The notes under the pieces were generated by a model. That model saw only the letters and a list, made by a program, of their open reading frames with translations. It had not been told where the DNA came from and searched no databases. 64,000 bases of DNA from Octopus sinensis. Lineage: Eukaryota. Positions 54,127 through 64,000 of the stretch are shown piece by piece. Every line of letters begins with the position of its first letter. The stretch's first letter is position 1. The position numbers and the translations under genes were made by a program. The stretch is from positions 85,250,001-85,314,000 of the forward strand of contig NC_043003.1 in the NCBI RefSeq assembly GCF_006345805.1, written 5' to 3'.

Positions 54127-54612
54127 CATATGGGACCATAGGATGAGGCAATCATCCAAGTAGCGTTTCCAAGTCTCCAATAGGTATTTGGATTCTTCAT
54201 AAATTTATAATTCTAGATAAGCCATCACCAGGTTTGCATAAGTAGGGGCAACTTTAGTCCCCATTGCAGTCCCTGATACCTGTCTGTAGGTATTATTATT
54301 AAAATTCAAAAAGTTGTTTTGGAGGATAAACTTTGATGATAAATTCTTTTTTTATTCTTTCCGAGGTATTTTTCCGGGTATTTTTCTAGCCAGAATTTAA
54401 TGGCTTCCAGTCCATATTGATGTGGAATCATAGTGTAAAGGTTTATTACATCAAAGGAGACAACGAAAATGTCTTTATTGGTATGTTTGGGGAGATGATT
54501 TAGTAGGTCCAGGTCATCTCTTACAAAATTTCGTATGTGTTTAAATATTGGTTTTAAGAGGATTTCGATAAAGTTGCTTAATCTGTGTATTTCACAGTTT
54601 GGTCCCTTAAAA
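54127..54612 (-). mobile_element. Penelope-like reverse transcriptase fragment
   Basis: Hand translation: GPNCEIHRLSNFIEILLKP..SFDVINLYTMIPH..(frameshift)..[32 protein letters not shown]. Confidence 0.92.
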
Positions 54613-55105
54613 TAGCAAACATTCCTTAGCTACATACAAAACAAAATGCCAGAAACACAGGTCAGCTATTCCTCTACAATTTTTTATAAATTCTTAAATA
54701 TATCTCCTTCTGTGTATATATATATATATACTACCAAACAAACATGATTTTTATTGAACTCAAAATGCTATTTGGAGTCCCGTTCTGATTACTTTCGTAA
54801 ATACTTTCTTGTAAACTGTTTTTAATATTTTCTTATTATTATCAGAGAATGTACATATATGTATTTTAATATTTTTGTGATAACCAGTATTTAACACGAC
54901 AAAACTCATACAAAGCTTTACATTTTACTTTTGACAATCTTTTTCTAAAAAAAATGTGAAACCGGTCAAGTGAATAAACATCTTTAAAATTGCATTTTCA
55001 AACCTTCTTTCATATACATATGTTGTGTGTGTGTGTATGTGTGTATGTATGTATGTATGTATGTATGTATGTATGTATGTATGTATGTATGTATGTATGT
55101 AGTAT

Positions 55106-55184
<79 letters not shown>

Positions 55185-55329
55185 ATATATATAATATATA
55201 TATATATTATATATATATATACATATACATACATATGTACGTATGTATATATAATTTTAGCATAGTCTCTACTCGCGAGATGTAGTATGCGTTCCTACAT
55301 CTTTATGGGTGGCATGTCCAGTGTGATTG

Positions 55330-58150
55330 GTGTAAACATCACTCTAATTTGAATTTGAATTTGAACATTTAGATTTTTATGTCATCAGTAAAGTTTTTTA
55401 TAGGTTTGTGGCTAGTGTTTGTCTGTGCCTTCTTTTCTTAACATGGTGTTGTGTTTTGGATACAGCTTCCATCATTAACCGGCAACTTGGGAGTAACTTC
55501 CCTCATTGGTCAGCTATTTTATTTTCAAGTAATGTTTTCTGATCTTGTTTAGTTTTGCACTTTGTGTTGCTCATTGTACTTGTTCCGTGTTGTAAGTGAG
55601 TGGTTAACTAGTGAGAAAATTGCCGTTCTTTTATAGCCAGTATAACGGTAGGAGTTGTGATGTTTACAACTTTCAAATTAGCAATCGAATTTGTAGATCA
55701 GATTAGTAAAAGCTTATTGTTTCCGGGGTTACATACTTGCGACGTATTATTGAAGGTTATAAAATACTTCTTTTTTATTGTAAATTACTTGTGTTAATTT
55801 TTCGTTTATTATAATGCAGTTTTCTTTTCCACTTTACGAGTTTTTTGTGTTTTGGGATTCTATAATTAGTTTCATTCATATAATGCACTTTATGTGTGCT
55901 TTGTGTATTTTTAATAGGTTCAGTATCTGTTGTACAAGTTACGTTGTATGTTTTCGTATCGTCCAATTACTATTACTTTTTCGGAATACCCGCTGTTCAC
56001 TAGCATTTGCTTTATTCTATGGATTTATTTACAAACGTGTATGCTCTTCCAAGTAGGGATTTTAGGTCTAAGTAATATCCGTAAGTATATATGTATTTAT
56101 TTGTGTTTTGGAAGTAGACTTACGTGGTGAATTTGCTTTCTATTTGAATTATATTTATATCTAAAAATAGAGTTTTAAATGGATTTTAATTTGGAGTCAT
56201 TTTCTATGTGATGCTTTAATTTTTCAACGTCTTTCGATGTGTATTAAAATATCGTTCATATACCTTACGTATATATGTTCCCGTCATTGTACCACTTCGC
56301 TTTATATTAAGGCCTATGACGTTAAATCCAAAAGAAAAACTATGACGACTCCTTTCCTTCCTTTTTTGTTGGCTTACATAATTTGCATTGTGGCTAGCGA
56401 AAACATATTTCTGCCATATAGTACACTTTACTGTAACAATTTCTTAAGTATATTATGTTGTTTTATTTTTCACTGTTTGTATACCTTATTTGATATGCTT
56501 TCCATTGTTTGTGCCACAAGAACGACGATAAAAAAGCTTTTGCCAAACTTTTTTAATGTGATGTTGCCTACTTTGTTAGTTTTCTTTTTTCTTCTTTTTT
56601 CTAGGATTTCTAGGAACTTTTCAAATGCCTTTATAATGCTCCTCTCCGATGTGTATTGTTTGAAAGACTTTATTTCTGTTCCATGCTACCCGTGAACGAT
56701 TTCAGCAGATACCAGTTATTCTACGAGAGAAGATTACAAGTCATTCACTCAATGTTCTCTATCCGTAGAGAAAGAGGCACCATGGGTGATCTCCCATGAC
56801 CCATCTCACAATGTAACGTGACCAATATCTGGATGTTACTTTTTAATATTGTAAAACTTCCTCCAATTTCCTTGTTGAGTATTTATTTCGAATTATGTGA
56901 GTAATTATTTTTATCAGATTCACTTTAGAGTAAAACTTAAAGTTTATAATCTATACACTGATTTTGTTCCTGAGATTTTCTGGTGTTTTTTAGAGTAGTT
57001 TGATTTTAACTTTTAACTGTTTTATTCGTATTTTGGTGGTAAGTAGAAGTTGATACCGACGGCCGAGGACTGTAATTTGGGTTGAACTGTGTCTATGTTG
57101 TGAGAGGTTACAAACCCAGGGCTCTAAACATGTGATTGAAGGGCAACGATGAAAGGAGACATTGGTATGAATGAAGAATGAGAAAGAGAAAAGGGTAAAG
57201 AGGTAAAAGAAGGAAGATGGAAAATACATTAAAATAATGTGTACAGTGCAACCATCGTACACTAACAGACAGGGTTTGTATAACTGACATGTACCTGATT
57301 CCGGAACAACCAACATAGCTGAACAGAGGAGTCTACATCTTAGTCTAAAGAAATAATGATTCGAACTAGAAACTTTCACAGAGTGAGAGAATCCGGAAGT
57401 GAACACTATTAAATTTATAACTAATGTAGGATAAAATTTTTTTCGGGAAAAAAATTTTATCAATGGCCAGCATATCAAAAAATACCTTTAAAGGTTAAAC
57501 ATATAAATAATTTACAAAATAAGGACAAAAGAAAAATTCTAATGCCAATATGCCGAAAAAAAGACAAAAATCGTCAATAACCATTATAATTTATGCGTCT
57601 CGAAACAAACCGACAGAAATTTCTAGAAATCCGTTATTACCGTATTGGTCCCAATTTCGGGGTTAATTCATAAGAATCTTCCCCTCTTCAGGGTATGAGT
57701 ATGTATTTCGCTTATATCTCACGTATTTGGCATTAGAATCTTTCTTTTGCCCTTATACAATTAGTTATAAATTTAATAGTGTTCACTTCCGCATTCTCTC
57801 TCTCTCTGTGAAAGTTTCTAGTTCGAATCACACGTGTCTCGAGATGTGCCGAAGATTTTTCTATTTGGGATATATTTGGGGTACTTAGGTCTGCTCAGGA
57901 CTTAGTGCTTGCTTTTTCCATGGGTATGAGTAAGTATTTCACTTATATCTCACGTATTTATCGCTGAAAAGGGGAAAATTCTTATGAATTAACCCCGAAA
58001 TTGGGGCCAATACGGTAATAACGGATTTCTAGAAATTTCTATCGGTTTGTTTCGAGACGCATAAATTATAATGGTTATTGACGATTTTTGTCTTTTTTTC
58101 GGCATATTGGCATTAGAATTTTTCTTTTGCCCTTATTTTGTAAATTATAT
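55330..58150 (-). mobile_element. Degraded Penelope-like element with rearranged inverted terminal repeats
   Basis: RYMNDILI (YxDD-like), FLDINI..FTT*VYF..YL and GIY-YIG-like TYNVTC..HYMNET. Inverted repeats 57507-57691/57964-58148 and ~57352-57440/57755-57832. Confidence 0.75.
57637..57696 (-). ncRNA. Hammerhead candidate (mirror copy 57958-58018 on plus)
   Basis: CTGAAGA-GGGG..CCCC-GAAA-TTG(ggac)CAAT-A. The minus copy has a broken stem I; the plus copy has stem I TTATCG/CGGTAA but a CTGAAAA core. Confidence 0.6.
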
Positions 58151-58165
58151 ATATATATATATATA

Positions 58166-58605
58166 TATAAGCGAGAAAGAAGCAACAAGAATGGATAGGT
58201 TTTTAGTACGATCGTTTCATACAAGGACAGGTTTTATTAAAAGTTGCAAAGATTACAGCATATAAACGAGTCCCGTACTCATCAGCTAAAATACATGTAA
58301 GTTCTCTAGACATCCTAGTGTTTGAGGCTATACTCATGAAGTAATGTAGATAATAATAACGATTTCTAAAGTTCATTGCATCATCTTTAAAGAACTTTAA
58401 TGACTTTAGAAATCTGTTTAATTATCTACATTACTTCATGAGTATAGCCTCAACACTAGGATTCTAGAGAACTTACATGTATTTTAGCTGATGAGTACGG
58501 GACTCGTTTATATGCTGTAATCTTTGCAACTTTTAATAAAACCTGTCCTTGTATGAAACGATCGTACTAAAAACCTCCATTCTTGTTGCTTCTTTCTCGC
58601 TTATA
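58166..58605. repeat. ~210-bp-arm inverted repeat
   Basis: Arms 58166-58377 and 58399-58605; a few small indels. Confidence 0.95.
58482..58572 (+). ncRNA. Type I hammerhead candidate with long stem II (mirror copy 58201-58291 on minus)
   Basis: TTTTAG/CTAAAA stem I; CTGATGA (58488-58494); GTACGGGAC..GTCCTTGTAT; GAAA; palindromic ACGATCGT; GUA at 58564-58566. Confidence 0.8.
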
Positions 58606-58713
58606 ATCACCCCACATTACTGTATTGTTAAATCAGTATAGTTTTTTTTGGTGCATCTAAGTTAGGTACCATATTCAAGTAAATTTTTAAATTAACTTGA
58701 ATCTTTATTGCTC

Positions 58714-58755
<42 letters not shown>

Positions 58756-58857
58756 CATACATATATATATTATACCTACATACATACATACATACTACAT
58801 ACATACATACATACATACCATACATAATATATACATACATATATATATATACATATA

Positions 58858-59636
58858 TCTTTATATATATAAAACTGAGAATGTGTGTCTGTCTGTCTTT
58901 CTGTGTGTTTCCCTAAAACTTGAGAACTACACAACCAATTTCATTCAAATTTTACACATGCCTTACTTAAGGTCCATGTAGTTTCATGAACAAAAAAATG
59001 TTCAACTTCTTGCCTAGAGCGAGCCCATAGCAATATCATATCTTCTCCACTATTTCAGTATTACGTGTTAAAAGTGAAACTAAAACGTTTCTCTATTTTA
59101 TGTCAGATACTTTCACTTTAACAATAGAAATAATAACAATTGAATTATATGTAGTAAGTAATAATTAAAATCAAACTAAAGTATGATATAATTGTAACAT
59201 AACAAAAGTAAAAATAGCAATTGGTATAAAATTGCATCAATGACTTGAACTTGAATAAGTGGTTTCACATGAATGGGAATGAATTAAAAATGAAATTAGC
59301 GTGCAGAAATGGAATAGTCCAGATGGATAATAAAAAACTAAATTAAAGAAAATACTATTGTCTATAAAGTATACAATGTAGAGAAAAAAGAAGATTTGAA
59401 CACATGGAGGAAAGCACCTTCGAAAAGTGTCTTGGTGCGACTATGAAAGATATCTAATCAGAGGCGGTGAATTCGCCACAATAGAAGCAAGGTTCGAGTC
59501 AACGGAGCGTGCAAGGGAGTACTCGACACGAACTTGCAAAATGGAAATATTTTATTTTTACCTTTATATCTGAGACGTAGGACGTCCCGGAAAAAAATTT
59601 TTAATAAATTACAAGAGACGGGCTAACAATTCCAGT
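58858..59636 (+). mobile_element. Non-autonomous Helitron
   Basis: A|TCTTTATATATATAAAA..TGTCTGTCTGTC start, like 63579; degenerate 3' end ACGGGCTAACAATTCCAGT. Confidence 0.6.
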
Positions 59637-59804
59637 CTGTTATATATTTTGAGTATTGTTATCACTAGCGATATCAAGATATAACTTTGTATTTTGTATT
59701 TTATGTGTAAATGTATATATATAGATATACATGTAATATGTACACATATATACATGCACTAGCACTATGACCCGGCAACGACGGCTCTTTAATGCTAGTA
59801 TATA

Positions 59805-60100
59805 TATATATATATATATAGTTAATCCAAACAAGAAAGCACAAAAAACACAACAACGCGAGGACGTGGAACAAATATAGTATTATTGGACGCTCAGGAA
59901 AGAAGGAGGGTTTTACGTTTCGAGCGGAGCTCTTCGTTGGAAACATAGGAGAAGGAAAGATCCAGAGAAGGGGAGACAGAGGAAAAAAATCCCAAATATT
60001 TAAATGTAAGATCCAAGGGTTGAGGTGTAGGAAAAAGGTGAGCTTCAAGCAAGCCGTAGAAAATATATAAAAAAACAACTTTCAGGAACAATAACGGTTT
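59805..60100 (-). mobile_element. Penelope-like terminal fragment
   Basis: Minus strand CCAACGA-A-GAGC(tcc)GCTC-GAAA-CGT-A, same geometry as the 53.95-kb motif. Confidence 0.45.
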
Positions 60101-60374
60101 ATCGAAGCGGAAGGTTGTGCATGTTTTCCGTATCGAAGTATGGCAAGCTGAGAAAAATTATTTTTATTTCACAGTAGGCAGCCAGGGTTATCAGTTATGC
60201 AAATAAAATACAAGAGTTAAAGAATAGAATAGATAATATCCAGGCTACATATGTTTCATAGCGAGCGGAATCTCGGAAGTGACACATATCCAAGCGAGGT
60301 GTGTACTACTGACTACTCTTCAGTACGATTCGATCGAATCGTCCGTGTGTTGACATGTACCTCCATGCGACAAT

Positions 60375-60740
60375 GTAAACTTCATTTAACATTGTGTGGT
60401 ACCTTGGGAAAGTGTCTTCATCTGCAGCTTTGATCCTTGCGAGTGGTTTTGGTAGTGGAAAATTGAAAGAAGTCCATCGTATATATATATGTGTGTATGT
60501 ATGTGTGTGTCTTTGTGTCTGTGTTTATCCCCCACCACCACCACCACCATCTGACAATTGACAGTCGATGTTAGTGTGTTTACGTCCTTGTAACCTAGCG
60601 GTTCGACAAAAGAGACAGATAGAGTAAGTACCAGGTTTTAAAAAAGTAATGGAGACGATTAGTTTGACTAAAACACTTCAAGGTGATGCCCTATCATGGC
60701 CACAGTCAAATAAATGACTGAAGCAAATAAAAAATAAAAG
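60375..60740 (+). mobile_element. CORE-type SINE
   Basis: Homologous to 41205-41590. Confidence 0.75.
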
Positions 60741-60743
60741 ACG

Positions 60744-60796
<53 letters not shown>

Positions 60797-60886
60797 GTGT
60801 GTATGTGTATGCGTGTTTGTGTGCGTATTAACCAATAATTTTACAAATGTACATATATATATGTATATACAAACATATATACAAAC

Positions 60887-60920
<34 letters not shown>

Positions 60921-60922
<2 letters not shown>

Positions 60923-61915
60923 ATGACGTCCCGTTCTACTTGACTAACGAAGCGACTAGTCAAAACAGGAAACAAACAAGAGGGAGTTGTAATGTAAAAA
61001 AGGAAAAAAATTCTTTCGTGCAAATCTGACCCTGATACATACGATACAGCTACGGGTCAGACCCGATTCTGATTGCTCAACAAGTTGATGACGTCTAGCT
61101 CTGCTAGAATGGACAGGATACAAACAGGGGAAAGTCATTAGTCAGAATATTGATGACGTCCTTTTCTGCTTGAATAGTCACTTAACAAGTACAGACAGGG
61201 GGCAGATCTAATGTAGCTATAAGTCGTGATTGGGCAGAATCTGGATGACGTCCCGCTCTGCTTGACTAACGAAGCGACTGGTCAAAACAGGAAACAAACA
61301 AGAGGCAGATATAATGCAGCGATTGGTCAAAATAATGATGACGTCCCGTTCTACTTGACTAACGAAGCGACTGGTCAAAACAGGAAACAAACAAGAGGGA
61401 GTTATAATGCAGCGATTGGTCAAAATAATGATGACGTCCCGTTCTACTTGATTAAAGCCACCTAACGAAACGATTGGTCAAAACATTGATGACGTCACGC
61501 TACGCTAGATTGACCACCTAACAGGCATTATAAAACCGAGCATTTCACAAAAACTCACTAGAACCACCCAGCGAACTTCCACCATGGGTCATCACAATTG
61601 CTTACGGTAAAAATGAATTCCTCGCTCTTTCGGAAACATCAATCTTCTGTATTGACCGCTTTCCACCACTTTGATCTGTTTTTTGTATTGAATACGTATC
61701 GCCACCGTGGGCCACTGCATCGAACACTTTGAACATATACTTCAAACTATATATCAACTATACATGAACTATATATCAACTATACATGAACTCTAAGATG
61801 TCTGACTCCGTTGTGTATTATAAATGAATTTCTTGTGTTTGACGGCATGAGCTGTCTTTTTTTATATATAACTTTTTTTGATAAGGTTCATTTCAGGAAC
61901 TGAAACATGTTACAA
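60921..61915 (+). mobile_element. Second copy of the Penelope-like pLTR (continues at 63973-64000)
   Basis: Near-identical to 35759-36674, with an extra partial module at its 5' side. Confidence 0.9.
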
Positions 61916-62424
61916 TCTCTTATTATAAAAGGCAGATTTTATCTGCCTCCCTTTGGGAGTTATACAAATCTACAATATAGGATTTCTTCAATTACAATTT
62001 ACCTAGCAATTTTAAGAGTACAATGCATCGCGTCATGCCAGGTCCAGTTTTTAAAATTTAAACTCCAATTAAGCAAAATTTACAGAAAACTCACATTCTG
62101 GTGTGTGTGTCAAATGCTTTTCTTAGTCTGGTTTACACCACACGCAAACGCACACACACAGTGGGCAACGAATAAAATGAAAGTAATTGACTTACTGTAG
62201 TGAGTGATTCTTTCACTCTGCCTCCCACTTCCTCTTTCCACACATAGACACGCAAATATATAAATAAAATTGTAAGCTAACGTGCGTGTGTGTGAGTGGG
62301 TGTGTGTGGGTGTGCGCGTGTGTGTGTGTGTGAGGGTGCGTGTGTGTGTGTGTGCGTGTGCGTGAGTGTGTGACAGGAAAGTTTTTTTACGACGAATATA
62401 ACACCTATATCCAAGTAGCAGAAA

Positions 62425-62797
62425 GATAAGACAGTAAGGTGTGATTTGAGGGAGATTTGGCTGCTATTTCTACCATGTCTAGCTGCCATGTAGAGGTCTC
62501 CCTCATAGGCTCATACATACATATATACATAGATAAGACAGTAAGGTGTGATTTGGGGGAAATTTGGCTGCTATTTCTACCAGGTCTAGCTGCCATGTAG
62601 GGGTCTCCCTCATAGGCTCATACATACATATATACATAGATAAGACAGTAAGGTGTGATTTGGGGGAAATTTGGCTGCTATTTCTACCAGGTCTAGCTAC
62701 CATGTAGAGGTCCCCCTCATTGGCTCATATATATATACATACATAAGACAGTAAGGTGTGATTTGAGGGAGATTTGGCTGCTGTTTCTACCAGGTCT
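62425..62797. repeat. ~107-bp minisatellite, ~3.5 units
   Basis: GATAAGACAGTAAGGTGTGATTTG at 62425, 62532 and 62639; variant near 62742. Confidence 0.92.
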
Positions 62798-62872
62798 GTT
62801 AGGTCTTCTCATGTAAACTCAAGCTTTCTCATGCCTTGAACATAAGACCAAAGCAGAGAATGTATTCTTTTA

Positions 62873-63070
62873 TTCTGCTTTTTCCAGCCATTGGTCTGTG
62901 GCCATGCTGGGGCAATGCCTTGAAGAATTGTAGTTTAATGAATCAACTCCAGTTTTTTTTGTAAGCATTGTACTTATTCTATCTGTTTCCTTTGTCAAAC
63001 CACTAGGTGACAGGGATGTAAACAAACCAACATTCGTTGTCAAGCAGTGGTGGAGGACAATCACAAGCAC
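62873..63070 (-). mobile_element. CORE-type SINE 3' half
   Basis: Reverse complement of the SINE tail. Confidence 0.7.
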
Positions 63071-63157
63071 AGACACGCACACACACACACATACATGCAT
63101 ACACATATACACACATACATACATACATACATATATATATATGTGTGTATATATATA

Positions 63158-63416
63158 TTGCAGCGTGGAAGGTGTTTGTAAGCCATTTAAGAAACACACA
63201 AAAACCGTTACATTCACTTCAACATTTAAATTTAATTTGCCAAAATATTTTCGTCGCTTTGAGACCGCGACCTGTTCACTGACAAAAATATCGTGCTAAC
63301 AGGTCGCGGTCTCAAAGCGATGAAAATATTTTGACAAATTAAATTTAAATGTTGAAGTGAATCTAACGGTTTTTGTGTGTTTCTTAAATGGCTTATAAAC
63401 ACCTTCAACGCTGCAA
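63158..63416. repeat. 119-bp-arm inverted repeat, 21-nt spacer
   Basis: Arms 63158-63276 and 63298-63416; about five mismatches. Confidence 0.95.
63236..63288 (-). ncRNA. Non-canonical hammerhead-like fold (G3-C8)
   Basis: TTTGTCA-GTGAACA-G-GTCGC(ggtctcaaa)GCGAC-GAAA-ATATT-T-TGGCAAA. Confidence 0.4.
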
Positions 63417-63578
63417 CTGTTTTCGTTCCAGCACACGATCTCAGATCAAGTCACTTGCTATGCAAGTACATCTCTGTAACTATATATATATTTATATATA
63501 TATATATATGTATATTGGTAAAAACGGTAAGATAACAAAAGAAAGAAAGAGACCTCAATATTATGTAAATAGAGGAAA

Positions 63579-63972
63579 TCTTTATATATAAAAGTGAGGT
63601 TGTGTGTCTGTCTCCTACGATTTAGATTCCTAACTACTCCCACATTTTGCGGTGCAGTTTAACCAAAACCGGGTATCTTATAGTCGTGATTCATATCGAG
63701 ACCGTCTGGGTATTAGCGCGCGTCTACGATGAGTCTACGATTTAAAAAAAAAATTACCATCAATTTTTCCCATTTTTAATCCATTTTTGACATATATAAG
63801 GGAAGTAACTCTCTAAAATTTATTATTAAATCTCAGAACGTAAAAAGCTACAGTAACACCCCTCCCCTTTGTGGTTAGCCATATTGAGATGGCTATTATA
63901 CTTTACATCTCTAAAAATGCTTATATAATTATTTCCCTTACAAACCCGAGCAACGCCGGGCGATACTGCTAG
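63579..63972 (+). mobile_element. Complete 394-bp non-autonomous Helitron
   Basis: A|TCTTTATATATAAAAG start; hairpin CCCGAGCAACGCCGGG (63945-63960); CTAG|T end. Confidence 0.88.
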
Positions 63973-64000
63973 TGTATATATAAAAATTAAAAATTGTATA

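Larger units (their letters stand above)
61916..63972 (+). mobile_element. Composite Helitron insertion (2057 bp)
   Basis: A|TC start and CTAG|T end with no TSD; the flanks rejoin to match the paralogous empty site at 36674|36675. Confidence 0.85.

Noticed and set aside
56237-57478. 152-aa plus-strand and 162-aa minus-strand ORFs
   Set aside because: Lie within the degraded Penelope element; no host-protein features.

Overview
AT-rich, microsatellite-saturated eukaryotic genomic DNA. The SINE, Helitron and Penelope repeat landscape looks like an octopod cephalopod, but that is inference only. Only one host gene is supported: a single-exon adenosine-receptor-type class A GPCR on the minus strand (2261-3286). 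The remaining ~60 kb is intergenic or intronic and consists of simple repeats and transposon debris: three tRNA-derived SINE families, mariner/Tc1 (DD34D, DD37D), piggyBac-type MITEs, RTE and CR1-type LINE ends, a deleted Gypsy element, non-autonomous Helitrons and several Penelope-like elements (PLEs). Nearly all other ORFs in the track are microsatellite or antisense artefacts. The most striking unexplained signal is about a dozen type I hammerhead-ribozyme folds, identified by hand and none tested for activity. Several sit as mirror-image pairs in long near-perfect palindromes (53.2, 57.5-58.1, 58.2-58.6 and 63.2 kb). Several have non-canonical cores: a G3-C8 swap, a U3-A8 swap, A6U, or an extra base between positions 9 and 10.1. 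Also notable are a PLE terminal repeat with six CCAAT+CRE modules (five at a fixed 12-bp spacing) ahead of a TATA box, and a 2.06-kb composite Helitron whose empty site is visible in a paralogous copy. No CRISPR, rRNA or intact tRNA genes were found.
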